This document shows positions 14,530-27,992 of a stretch of 64,000 bases of DNA, piece after piece. The stretch covers positions 19,158,001 through 19,222,000 of the forward strand of contig OZ024747.1 of NCBI GenBank assembly GCA_964016885.1, in the 5' to 3' direction. The notes beneath the pieces were generated by a model, which was not told where the DNA came from, did no database searches, and saw nothing but the letters and a program-made list of their open reading frames with translations. Origin of the DNA: Eledone cirrhosa. Its lineage: Eukaryota. The position numbers and the translations under genes were made by a program. Position 1 is the first letter of the stretch. Each line of letters begins with the position of its first letter.

Positions 14530-14715
14530 TCGGTGAATTGGCAGTATCGGTAGGGGGTCGGACATGCTTTCCAGCATAGTTACGTCCCTTTACGATCTGA
14601 GTTCAAATCCCGCCGAGGTTAACTTTGCCTTTCATCCTTACGGGGTCGATAAAATAAAGTACAAGTAATGTACTGAGGTAATTGTTGGCCTTGTGCCAAA
14701 AGTAGAAACAATTAT
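14530..14715 (+). mobile_element. tRNA-derived SINE (main family)
   Basis: Family head, B-box and core; ends GTAGAAACAATTAT. Confidence 0.9.
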
Positions 14716-14756
14716 TCTCTATGTTATTGAGTTCTTATTATCACGACTGCCGATAC

Positions 14757-14873
<117 letters not shown>

Positions 14874-15000
14874 GTATATATGTATGTATGTATATATATA
14901 TGTGTATATATGTATGTATATATATATGTATTTATGTTTGTATCTATACGTATGTATGTATATATATATATATATATATATAATAGTTTATGTTTGTATC

Positions 15001-15050
<50 letters not shown>

Positions 15051-15455
15051 GATACAAACATAAATACATATATATATATATATATATATATACATACATA
15101 TATACATATATATATACATATATATACATACATACATATATACAAATATATGTGTATATATATATATGTGTGTTTGAATGACTATGTAGATAAAGGTACA
15201 GACTATCGTATTCACTTATATGTTAAACAAGTGTTTTTTTTGAGAAAGACATTAGACATATAATAAACATCATTAATTGTCTCATTAATATATTTATCTA
15301 ATACACAATAGGCTGTAGAAGCTAGACATTCTGTACTAGAAATACCCATCAGTGCGTGATGATCTATTGCAATCAACTGGAACAGGACATAATATATCTC
15401 TGATGCTTAATACTTTTCTTCAGAGTATTAGTCGTGAAAAAGAGAGAGGAGGGCG

Positions 15456-15567
<112 letters not shown>

Positions 15568-15657
15568 TGAGAGAGATATAGAAACATTTACACACACATA
15601 TATATATGTATGTGTGTGTATATATATGTATATATATACATATATATGTATATATAT

Positions 15658-16595
<938 letters not shown>

Positions 16596-16631
16596 CATAT
16601 ATATAATATATATATATACACAATATATATA

Positions 16632-16690
<59 letters not shown>

Positions 16691-16712
16691 GTATATATAC
16701 GTATACACAGAT

Positions 16713-16749
<37 letters not shown>

Positions 16750-16990
16750 GTCCAGGTATGAGATATATAAGTATTTCAATTCTTTCTTTGTTAAGTTGTT
16801 GGAATTGTTAGATGTCTTTGATTGTTACCAGCATATGTTCTATTCGAGTATCACTACCCTCAGAATATATCGCATTGTTTTGTTCTGTAACAACTCTGGG
16901 TGTTATCATTGAGCGGTTCTCCAGGAAGTAAGGTCGAAATGATTGCGATGGCTTCTATGCCTTTGGCATTATATCGATCTAAACTCTCCA

Positions 16991-17080
<90 letters not shown>

Positions 17081-17238
17081 TTGGAATAAATGCTCTGAAA
17101 TAGCGATATATATGTGAAGATAGACATAGAATATTCGAAAATATTCTGTATGTTTATAATAAACATTTTGAAGACCTAATCGCTATAGAATAGAATACGT
17201 CACGTATTACAATTAGATTCTCGATAAAAGCAAGGGAA

Positions 17239-17281
17239 GTAACCTACGCGTTTCATTCTTATTAGAAATCTTCAGGATTAC
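17239..17281 (-). ncRNA. Type I hammerhead ribozyme motif
   Basis: Reverse complement reads GTAATC CTGAAGA TTTCT-AATA-AGAAT GAAA CGCG TA GGTTAC. Confidence 0.85.
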
Positions 17282-17548
17282 ATATCCAGTGCTTTTATCG
17301 AGAATGACACAGCTAGAGACTTATAGAATACTTAGCTGTGTACAGGAACTGGTTTGAAAGAGCGGTTGCCGGTCCGGCAGAAATTAGAAATTGGAATAAA
17401 TGCTCTGAAATAGCGATATATATGTGAAGATAGACATAGAATATTCGAAAATATTCTGTATGTTTATAATAAACATTTTGAAGACCTAATCGCTATAGAA
17501 TAGAATACGTCACGTATTACAATTAGATTCTCGATAAAAGCAAGGGAA

Positions 17549-17591
17549 GTAACCTACGCGTTTCATTCTTATTAGAAATCTTCAGGATTAC
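17549..17591 (-). ncRNA. Type I hammerhead ribozyme motif
   Basis: Identical to 17239-17281, 310 bp away. Confidence 0.85.
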
Positions 17592-17627
17592 ATATCCAGT
17601 GCTTTTATCGATAAAATCACTGGATAT

Positions 17628-17670
17628 GTAATCCTGAAGATTTCTAATAAGAATGAAACGCGTAGGTTAC
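17628..17670 (+). ncRNA. Type I hammerhead ribozyme motif
   Basis: Stem I GTAATC/GGTTAC, core CTGAAGA at 17634-17640, GAAA at 17655-17658, palindromic ACGCGT stem III, GUA site. Confidence 0.87.
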
Positions 17671-17937
17671 TTCCCTTGCTTTTATCGAGAATCTAATTGT
17701 AATACGTGACGTATTCTATTCTATAGCGATTAGGTCTTCAAAATGTTTATTATAAACATACAGAATATTTTCGAATATTCTATGTCTATCTTCACATATA
17801 TATCGCTATTTCAGAGCATTTATTCCAATTTCTAATTTCTGCCGGACCGGCAACCGCTCTTTCAAACCAGTTCCTGTACACAGCTAAGTATTCTATAAGT
17901 CTCTAGCTGTGTCATTCTCGATAAAAGCACTGGATAT

Positions 17938-17980
17938 GTAATCCTGAAGATTTCTAATAAGAATGAAACGCGTAGGTTAC
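17938..17980 (+). ncRNA. Type I hammerhead ribozyme motif
   Basis: Identical to 17628-17670, 310 bp downstream. Confidence 0.87.
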
Positions 17981-18100
17981 TTCCCTTGCTGTTATCGAGA
18001 ATCTAATTGTAATACGTGACGTATTCTATTCTATAGCGATTAGGTCTTCAAAATGTTTATTATAAACATACAGAATATTTTCGAATATTCTATGTCTATC

Positions 18101-18142
<42 letters not shown>

Positions 18143-18156
18143 ATATATGTATATAT

Positions 18157-18420
18157 CCAGCGAATCTTCAACCGTCAAGTTTGTTTTTCTACGGGTATGT
18201 CAACATTTATATAACAAATTTTGTATTTTATCTGATGAAAGCGCACCAAAACTGCCTTGGTTGCCCTTGAAATATATATAATAAAATAATAATGGTTATA
18301 TAAATATAGTTTCCATTTATTAATATATTGAATATTTACTCCAGTAATTTGTTGAGTGCTTTATATCAGTTATAAAACTTTTAAGCTTGTTGAATCCCAA
18401 CAAATTAAATATAACTTCTA
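18157..18420 (+). mobile_element. HHR-bearing PLE-type terminal fragment (family A) in (TA)n
   Basis: Homologous to 45020-45255 and to the reverse complement of 42095-42235 (GGGTATGTCAA, AAATATAGTTTCCATTT, GTTGAGTGCTTTATATCAGTTATAAA). Confidence 0.8.
18224..18288 (+). ncRNA. Type I hammerhead ribozyme motif
   Basis: TATTTTAT CTGATGA AAG...CTT GAAA TATATA TA ATAAAATA: 8-bp stem I, palindromic stem III, AUA site. Confidence 0.82.
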
Positions 18421-18422
18421 TA

Positions 18423-18456
<34 letters not shown>

Positions 18457-18737
18457 CCTCTAATTATTGTCTCTAACTCCCTCACGGTAGAGTAACCACG
18501 AAAGTATAGTGACTGCTTTCAAGCAAACTCTATATACACTTCTAGTCAACCTTACCACCCTTCTGTAGCCTATGTATCATATCAATATCTCCCTCCGCCT
18601 TCTGAGATATTTTCACTGCTACATGGGATTAATCCCCTTTCTTGACCGGTGTATCACGTGATGGAGTCTCCCTCCGCCTTTCTGAGATTTTCTCGCATGC
18701 TACGGACGTATGTAGTTAGGGCTCTTCTCTGAGGTGC

Positions 18738-18828
18738 TTTCTTGATAAGCTGGCTTACCTCACAACAATGTTACATATCTATGATATAACATTTTTGCAT
18801 AGCGACCAGCGAAACTGTACAGTCGGGA
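18738..18828 (+). ncRNA. Candidate variant hammerhead (U3-A8 core, long stem II)
   Basis: TTTC TTGATAA GCTGG...CCAGC GAAA CTGTACAG TC GGGA; stem I is weak; lies in a TA-flanked element at ~18458-18878. Confidence 0.5.
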
Positions 18829-18894
18829 CTAAAGAAAATAGGTATATTGTATCTATTATTCCTTTTTATAATATTTTATATATATATATAAATA

Positions 18895-19057
<163 letters not shown>

Positions 19058-19802
19058 GTATATATATTATGTATATATATATATATATATATACATATTA
19101 TTCATATATATATATGTATATATACATATATATATATTATTTATATATATATATATGTGTGTGTGTGTATGTGTGTGTATGTGTGTATGTGTGTGTATAA
19201 GGATTTTGAAAGTATGTTGGCTTAATGTAAGTCCCTCTTTGAAGACCTCCTCTTCCTCCAATTTTTCAATGATCCCGATTTATAGAATTTATCCTTCAAA
19301 CCTAGTTGGCATTCTCTGTCCGCTGAAGAATTCTGACCGGAAACCTTACATTTCTTGTTTTTATCACGGCATCAAAATTAATTCACTGTCTGAATTATTT
19401 GGATAACCAATTTCAGTTTGATCATATATAGAATCAATATTAATAACTGATATTTTTTTCAATGTGAATTTTGTACGCCATATTCTCAAAGCAATAAACA
19501 ACCTACAGCAACAATAAGAAAACTAAAAAAAAACTAAAAATAAAAACAACAACAAACCTACACGAAATAGTAAGTATAAAAATGAATTATTAAATTGATA
19601 AATAAATTTACTAAAATCTAAGAATTGAAATTTTGAAAACAAATAAAAGTAATAATTAATTTAAAAAACATTTTAATCTTATAAATTATGCATGAGAATA
19701 TATTTGTGTGAATCAACAATGTTTAGGATATATTTTGTATCATATTGTACTGTTTATTTATTTCAAATTAGTAGAATGTTGCCCCCCCAAATGAAAAAGA
19801 AA

Positions 19803-19833
<31 letters not shown>

Positions 19834-19864
19834 TGTATGTATGTATGTATGTATGTATGTATGT

Positions 19865-20470
19865 CAGGTCACCACTTGGTGCTACTGGTAACATGTATTC
19901 CAGTACAACCTCTCCCATGGTCGGGTCGTTGGCGACTAAACTGGCAACCCCACTAAGGTTTCTTGGTGAGGAGGGTTACTTTGGACATCCTGCAGGACTA
20001 AAAACAAAACCTGTCAAAGGGCAAAGAAGCTCTTAAGAGTCAATGGCCATCCAAAATCACCGGGAGAGATGACCCCTTAGCCTTTGTCAATGCAGAATTC
20101 TAGGAGAAGGAAAACTCTGATATAACACCTGCAACTCTGATGGTATCCAATGATGTTGACTTGTTCTTCTTTTTGGTAAATATCATCTTGGTTAAGAGAG
20201 TGGGACTGGCTTTGTGCAGTGCCTTTGCTCACTATAAAAGCTTCACGGCACAGGCATTGCTTTATATCTGGAGATCTCTCTGCACTTGTCGTCACATGGT
20301 ACTATGGGCCCAGCACTATGTGTCAATAATTGTCACAAGTGTAGTGTTTGTACCAGAGTTTTCAAGTCGCTGGCTGAACTAAAGTCACATTCGTTCAGCG
20401 CATCGGTAGGAGTTCTCCTACATGGATATAAAGTAGTGGCCGTACTCCAAAACGAGTTGGCAGCCACCAT
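19865..20470 (+). mobile_element. RTE-derived non-autonomous retroelement with (GTAT)n tail
   Basis: 3' part encodes [20 protein letters not shown] (RTE C-terminal zinc-finger-like); ends AACGAGTTGGCAGCCACCAT + (GTAT)n; copies at 35657-36262 and 57145-57555. Confidence 0.75.
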
Positions 20471-20529
20471 GTATGTATGTATGTATGTATGTATGTATGT
20501 ATGTATGTATGTATGTATGTATGTATGTA

Positions 20530-20899
20530 GGCCTTTCCCCACATAAAAAAACTTCAAACCACAGGCATTGCTTGTCAGGATCTGTTACAGTTTCATGTGG
20601 CTGGCCGTAGCCTAAAAGCGCAGCATTTTCTGTAATCTGACAAGTGATTGCAATACTCTTAGAAGATTTTGCAGCCATCATGTATGTATGTTCAGAGAGT
20701 GGGATTTTCTTCGTGTAAAGTCTTTCCTCACTTAAAAAAGCTCCAAGCAAATATACCATTTGATATGTAAACATTTTTGCGATGCATGACATGGCTGTCC
20801 ATAGACAAGTCCCTAGCAGGACTAAAAAGCCACGCCCGAGATGCTAATGCTTAAGTATCAAGCGATGGCATTACTCGAAATCGAGTTGCAGCCATCATC

Positions 20900-20900
<1 letters not shown>
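20530..20900 (+). mobile_element. Two further RTE-type 3' fragments
   Basis: 20560-20682 matches 36790-36913; both fragments end GCAGCCATCAT, followed by (GTAT)n or (CAT)n. Confidence 0.6.
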
Positions 20901-20943
<43 letters not shown>

Positions 20944-21433
20944 ATTACAGGTATAGTAAAATATAATGAAGTAATTTGAATCCCAGGATGTGTTGGCACC
21001 GGCTGAGAGTAGCCGAAATGAACCCATATCTACGGTTACGTCCCACCTTACGACTTTGAAACGCTACGTTAGTTTTCGGCCTGTGTTTGAGCATGAGGCT
21101 AGCAACCTTACACCGTTAAAATTGCTACAGAAAAGAGCAACAGACAAGGCTTGCAAGCGTGTGGAATGGAGCTATTGTCGTTCAATGTTACATATACAGC
21201 AACAAAAACTAAAGATGAAGAAAATACAATGAGATTATTCTTTTGCACAAATCCTGTACATACAATTACATCAGTTTCCAGCTAATAATGTTTTTATTTT
21301 CGGTCCACTGTACATTTTATATTAACCAAACAAATCAACTTCCTCAAATCGTTTATCTTTTATATAACGTATGATATATTAGAACGTTTAATTTTTAAAC
21401 GCATACATATAACACATACATATAAATATACAT

Positions 21434-21530
<97 letters not shown>

Positions 21531-21711
21531 CGTATATACATATGTATATATATGTGTATATACATACAAAAATACACACACACACACATATATATATATA
21601 TGTATATATACATATATATGTATATATGTAACGCACACATACACACACAGACACACACATATATATATGTATATATACATATATACATATATATACATAT
21701 ATATATATGTA

Positions 21712-21755
<44 letters not shown>

Positions 21756-21867
21756 TATATATATATGTATATATGTATATATATATACATATACATATAT
21801 ATACACACATATATATATATATACATAAATATATATATATGTATATATACATATATCAGGAAGGTAT

Positions 21868-21910
21868 ACGGTGCTGACGATAGCTAATAAGCTTGAAACT
21901 AATACAGCGT
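21868..21910 (+). ncRNA. Type I hammerhead motif (mutated stems I and III)
   Basis: ACGGTG CTGACGA TAGCT-AATA-AGCTT GAAA CTAA TA CAGCGT. Confidence 0.65.
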
Positions 21911-22289
21911 TCCTTTGTCAGTGTTGAACAAACGAGGAACGATGGTTGCTAGACACTACGGCTTAATACGGGATGTTTGTTTACAAACACACCGAGCATT
22001 ATAATAAATGTTCGGTGAATCCATACGTACATATATATATATGTGTGCATGTATGTATATATATATACATACTACTGTACGTCTGTATACATATATGTAT
22101 GTACGTGTACATACTTATATTTTAGTAACAGCCGTACTAAGAGTGGGAAATGAAATTTCGTTTCATTTTTTCCGTTTATCGTTTTCGGTGCACCTGGCCG
22201 ATTAACCCACTCAATATGCAAATTGGGCTACTCAGCCGTTAATATGCATAAGGTAAGTATATACGTTCAACAATCTGGCAGGAAGGTAT

Positions 22290-22332
22290 ACGTTGCTGAC
22301 GATAGCTAATAAGCTTGAAACTAGTACAACGT
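22290..22332 (+). ncRNA. Type I hammerhead ribozyme motif (intact copy)
   Basis: ACGTTG CTGACGA TAGCT-AATA-AGCTT GAAA CTAG TA CAACGT: perfect 6-bp stem I, palindromic ACTAGT stem III, GUA site. Confidence 0.9.
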
Positions 22333-22713
22333 TCCTTTGTCAGTGTTGAACAAACGAGCAACGATGGTTGCTAGACACTACGGCTTAATACGGGATGTTT
22401 GTTTACAAACACACCGAGCATTATAATAAATGTTCGGTGAATCCATACGTACATATATATATATGTGTGTGCATGTATGTATATATATATACATACTACT
22501 GTACGTCTGTATACATATATGTATGTACGTGTACATACTTATATTTTAGTAACAGCCATACTAAGAGTGGGAAATGAAATTTCGTTTCATTTTTTCCGTT
22601 TATCGTTTTCGGTGCACCTGGCCGATTAACCCACTCGATATGCAAATTGGGCTACTCAGCCGTTAATATGCATAAGGTAAGTATATACGTTCAACAATCT
22701 GGCAGGAAGGTAT

Positions 22714-22756
22714 ACGTTGCTGACGATAGCTAATAAGCTTGAAAATAATACAGCGT
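22714..22756 (+). ncRNA. Type I hammerhead motif (mutated stem III)
   Basis: ACGTTG CTGACGA ... GAAA ATAA TA CAGCGT. Confidence 0.65.
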
Positions 22757-23504
22757 TCCTTTGTCAGTGTTAAACAAACGAGCAACGACGGTTGCTAGAC
22801 ACTACGGCTTAATACGGGATGTTTGTTTACAAACACACAGAGCATTATAATAAATGTTCGGTGAATCCATACGTACATATATATATATATGTGTGCATGT
22901 ATGTATATATATATATACATACTACTGTACGTCTGTATACATATATGTATGTATGTACATACTTATATATATATATATATATATATATACATACATATTC
23001 TTAAATATATATTTCGTTATATTTCAATATTTTAAATTATACTTCCGCTGAAGATTGCAAATATAGTTGAACATCTGTTATTTTCTCCGATACATTCCGG
23101 TGAAAATATAACATTACTAAGAAAATATTAGTATTTTATATGTTTCTACTGCATATTTCATTTCATTTTAGTATAATGTACAAAGTCCAAACATTAAATA
23201 TGTTCTCATGAATGTCATGAGATGCTTTTGAATTTTATATGGCGCCCCTTCTATCTTCTGTTTGTTTCTGTCTACCTATCTGTATATGATTTTGACCGAA
23301 TGAAACAGTGCTAGTCTTGTAGAAGTCATCTCCATCACTACCACTCTCACTACATCGACTGTTCACATTCTTCACCCGCCCCCACCACTATTACTATCAC
23401 CACTACCATTGTAAGTTCCACTACCCACCATCTTCCAAACAATCACCCCCACCACTCCCATCGCCATCTTTATTATTCACAATCTCCATCATCATGATTT
23501 CTAG

Positions 23505-23711
23505 TATAGGCACAAGGCCAGTAATTTGGACGGAGGGGAAAGTCGATTAAATCGACCCCAGTACGTTACTGGTACTTTATTTTATCGACCCCGTAAGGAT
23601 GAAAGGCAAAGTTAACCTCGGCAGAATTTGAACTCAGACCGTAAAGGACCATAACTCTATGCTGCAAAGCATGGTATCCGACTCTCTACCGATACTGCCA
23701 ATCCACCGCCC
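23505..23711 (-). mobile_element. tRNA-derived SINE (longer variant)
   Basis: Reverse complement of the family sequence, with an extra GGGGTCGATTTAATCGACTTTCCCC segment. Confidence 0.88.
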
Positions 23712-23927
23712 TCACCATCTCTATCATAATCCGATCCCTATTATCATTTACTACCACTACCACTATTACCACTATCACTACTACTTCTACTGTCAACATT
23801 ACCACCACCATTAGCACTACCACCACCTCTACCATATATATATTATCCAACACAACCACAATCACTGTTATAACCCCCAAACTTATAAAATCCACAGCCA
23901 CAGCAATCTCCATCCCTGTAACAACTT

Positions 23928-24275
23928 CCATCAACACTACCAGAACCTTCTCTAGCACCACATGTATCTCTACAATGACCTCCATCAGAGCACCACCAGT
24001 TCCATATGTCCACCATCACCACTACCAGAACCTTCTCTAGCACCACATGTATCTCTACAATGACCTCCACCAGAGCACCACCACTTCCATATGTCCACCA
24101 TCAACACTACCAGAACCTTCTCTAGCACCACATGTATCTCTACAATGACCTCCATCAGAGCACCACCACTTCCATATGTCCACCATCAACACTACCAGAA
24201 CCTTCTCTAGCACCACATGTATCTCTACAATGACCTCCATCAGAGCACCACCACTTCCATATGTCCACCATCAAC
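23928..24275. repeat. 85-bp tandem repeat, ~4 copies
   Basis: CCATCAACACTACCAGAACCTTCTCTAGCACCACATGTATCTCTACAATGACCTCC... recurs with an 85-bp period. Confidence 0.92.
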
Positions 24276-24368
24276 TCCAATATCAACACAATTGTCAGTT
24301 CAATAAATATCTCCAACAATACCGTCGCTACTTTTTCTTTTTTTGATATTTGATAAATTTATAAGGAA

Positions 24369-24552
24369 ATAATTGTTTCTACTTTTGGCACAAGGCCAGC
24401 AATTACCCAGTGCGTCACTGGTACTTTAGTTTATCGACCCGGTAAGGATGAAAGGCAAAGTTAACCTCGACGGGATTTGAACTCAGATCATAAAGGAACG
24501 TAACTATGCTAGAAAGCATGGCGTCCGACCCTCTACCGATACTGCCAATTCA
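24369..24552 (-). mobile_element. tRNA-derived SINE with TSD
   Basis: Family sequence; TTATAAGGAAATAAT occurs on both sides. Confidence 0.9.
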
Positions 24553-24691
24553 TTATAAGGAAATAATACGGTAAAACAGTGCTAACACAGTCGAAACCAG
24601 TTAATATATGATGATGGGAGAATGGATTCTGTCCGAATTTTATAAAATTATATGCTTCTCTCTCTCACTCTCTTCCCCCCTTCTCTCTCTC

Positions 24692-24734
<43 letters not shown>

Positions 24735-25274
24735 GGAATGTATCCATATAATCAATCTATGTATCTATCTTATTAGCTATACCCCAATCAATATATACGC
24801 TTTCTCTCTCTCTGTCTCTCTTTCTTTCTCCCACTCTTTCTTTCTCTCTCACTTTCTTCTCCCTTCTCTCTCTCTCTTCTCCCCTTCTTTCTTTTTTTCT
24901 TCTCCCTCTCTCTCCCCTTCTTTCTCTCGCTCTTTATTCTCCCCCCCCCCTCTCTTCTCTCTCCTTCTTTCTCTCTCTCCACATCTCCCAATCCCACATA
25001 AGGTTTGTGAAGTGTTTTTATTAGACTGACTTTTTAAAAATAGGATCTGCAATATATGACACATATTATCATTTAGTATCTTAAGAATTTAAACACTTAT
25101 TTAGATTGTATAAAAACTACGGAAATAAAATAATATCATAACAAAAACAAAAAGAGAACAATCGATGGTAAAAAGCTAATAAAAAAAAATCCAATGGCGC
25201 CATGAGAAATACAATGAAATAGTTTATGTTTTGATAGAAATTATGGTTTCCAATCGAAGAAAATAGATAATAAT

Positions 25275-25450
25275 TTATGATTTAGGATCAAGGCCAGCAA
25301 TTTTGGGAGAGGGGAAAGTTGATTAAATCCACGCCAGTGTATTATTGGTACTTTATTTTATCGACCCCGTAAGAATGAAAGGCAAAACTAACCTCGGCGG
25401 GATTTGAAATCAGAACGTAATGGGCCGTAAAACGAAGCATGGTGTCCGAT
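25275..25450 (-). mobile_element. tRNA-derived SINE (5'-truncated)
   Basis: Reverse complement of the family core and B-box. Confidence 0.8.
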
Positions 25451-25649
25451 GTGTGTGTGTGTGTGCGTGCGTGCGCGTGTGTATGTGTATGTGTATGTGT
25501 GTGTGTGGGTGTGTGTGCGTGCGCGTGTATTTGTGTGAGCAATTTAGATTGAGCTTTTTGAATGTACGAATTCTTTAGATGTTTATTGTTTATAACGGTC
25601 AGTCAGTGCATACTGGTAGCGTGTGTATGTGTGTGTGTGTGTGTCTGTA

Positions 25650-25725
<76 letters not shown>

Positions 25726-27321
25726 TGTGTGTGTGCGTGTGTGCGTGTGTGAAATGTGACTTTTATGTGCGTGTGTGATATATATACATATTGAAAGCTG
25801 AAGCGTAGTATATTTACGTGTTTATTAAAGAATCGCGTGTGTAGAAAATAGATTGTGTTGTTATCTGCGTATATACGTGTGGTGAGAGAACAATGTGGTA
25901 TGGACAGAGAATTGTTTAAGCGAAAAGGAGTTGCGTGATAAAGCATGTATGCGTAAAGGGAATCGAGTTTGGCGTAACATACATGGGAGAATACAACGAA
26001 CCATGTAGAGGATATAGAATTAAGAATGTGATATAATGGTTTGTTGTTGTTGAATGAGAGGGGGGTATCAAAGAGGATGGTCAGATAAAGGATGATTCTC
26101 AGTGTAGCAAAACGCACACACACACACACATACACACACACTTACACACACACACCCATACTTACACACACTTACACACACACACACACACACACATACG
26201 CAAACTCATATACACACTCACCTACACACACGCAGACACATAGCTATAAAAACATACTCGCACACATGAAATTTAACTATAAATGTAGAAGAATTTTTCC
26301 TAATGATGGTTTAACACAATATTTGAAATTCCCTTGAAAATTTAGCATTTACTTGAGAAATTAATTTTTCTTCAGAACGTTTATAACGATGGCGTGTCTA
26401 ATGCACTGAGCTAGAAACCCTTGTTCAATAAAACAGTATACATCATAATTCAAGAACGTAAATACCATGTAGCTAATTCATGCGTATTAAACAAAGTGAA
26501 AGTGAAAACAGTTTTAATTAATTTGAAACTAAGGAACATAATATTTTAATTATTTATTTTTGAAATACTTTAAACCTTAAAAAAAAAAAACATTTAGAAA
26601 TTAGTAGAAACCAGACAATTCGGAGGTGAACCACAACTCGGAATAAAAACATGCGAAAATGTGAATAGTCAGAGTTAACGCAACTGATCCGCAGCAGTAA
26701 TACTTGAAACAAGTAAATTTTATTAAGAATTGCGATGAATACAGTGGAAATGTGATGTTATGTCCATGAACCTTTTCCTAATGTAAATATACATACAAAC
26801 CTGTCAACTCACCCCGTCTCACGGGGAGATCTCCCACCCAATTTGGGGTGAGTGAGAGATGTCTTCTCTTGTAAAAATGGGTATAGCTTTCATTATGTAA
26901 AATCTACCCATTTGCCTCATTTCTTCCCGTTTTGGGGTACTTTTTTTCATGGTACTCCTCATTTGGGTTTTTTAGGTTGCGAGGTCTGAAATAAGGTTGC
27001 TTACTTTTTAGCCAATAATTTTGGCTAAAGGTTGATGTTTTTGTGGCAAACATAAAACACATCAAGTCCACTTCAAATCTTCTGAATCTGAATTTGACTT
27101 TTGATCTTTTAAAAATATTTGTCTATTCAACACCTCGTCGTCTCTCTTTCGATTTGTCATAATCTAAAAATTGCTTTAGCAAAAAACTTCGGTTACAGAT
27201 AATTTATACTAGTGTGATAACACAGCAAATAATTACACCAGTGCAATAACTAAATAATACCAACACAGCGCCAACATAATTCAAAACAATATTAACACAT
27301 AAAACAATAATATCAACATTA

Positions 27322-27992
27322 CAATAATTGTTTCTACTTTTGACACAATGCCAGCAATTATTCCAGTTCACTACTGGTACTTTATTTTATCGACCCCCGT
27401 AAGGATGAGGAAAATATAACCTCGACGGGATTTGAACTCAGACCGTAAAGGGACGTAACTATGCTAGAAAGCATGGCGTCCAACCCTCTACCGATACTGC
27501 CAATCCACCATTAATCAACTTTACAATAATACCAATACACCAGCACTAATAATAATACAATACAAATATCAGCGCAAAACCACCAATAATAATTTATAAG
27601 TTAGGTATAAAGAGGGAGGAAAGTAATTTACCTCAATTTAATTTCCTGACTGGTACATGAAATACAAAGTTGACCTCAGCGGGATTTGAACTTCGGACGC
27701 AGAAAAGTGTAGTTAAATACCGCAAAAAATTATGTCCAACGTTCTACCATTTCTACCAATCCACCTCTCTAATAATAGTTTCTGATTTAGGCACAAGGCC
27801 AGCAATATTTTCAGGAGGGGAACGTTGACTAAATAGACCCAAGTGCATTACTGGTACTTTATTTTATCGACGTCGGAAGGATGAAAAACAAAAGTGACCT
27901 CGGTGGATTTGAAGTCAGAACGTAAAAGGCCGTAGCTAATTGCTTCAAAGTCTTTTGTACCACACTTTAATGATTCCGCCAATCCACGTCCT
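27322..27992 (-). mobile_element. Cluster of three SINE copies (27322-27510, ~27600-27770, 27771-27992)
   Basis: Repeated reverse complements of GAGTTCAAATCC and of the core. Confidence 0.8.

Larger units (their letters stand above)
17073..18105. mobile_element. Retrozyme-like element: 310-bp HHR monomer, tandem and folded back into a ~1-kb palindrome in (TA)n
   Basis: 17073-17382 repeats from 17383; symmetry axis near 17610 (TTTTATCGATAAAA); the right arm is the reverse complement of the left; four HHR copies. Confidence 0.9.
21857..22960 (+). mobile_element. Retrozyme-like tandem array, ~423-bp monomer x 2.6, in (TA)n
   Basis: CTGACGA cores at 21874, 22296 and 22720; non-coding; each unit contains one HHR. 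Confidence 0.9.

Noticed and set aside
19315-19355. CTGAAGA...GAAA possible hammerhead (similar case at 23045-23085)
   Set aside because: Stems I and III do not close; at most decayed remnants
26796-26988. Possible hAT MITE (CAAACCTGTCAAC / GTTGCGAGGTCTG)
   Set aside because: The TIR match is only partial and no TSD is visible
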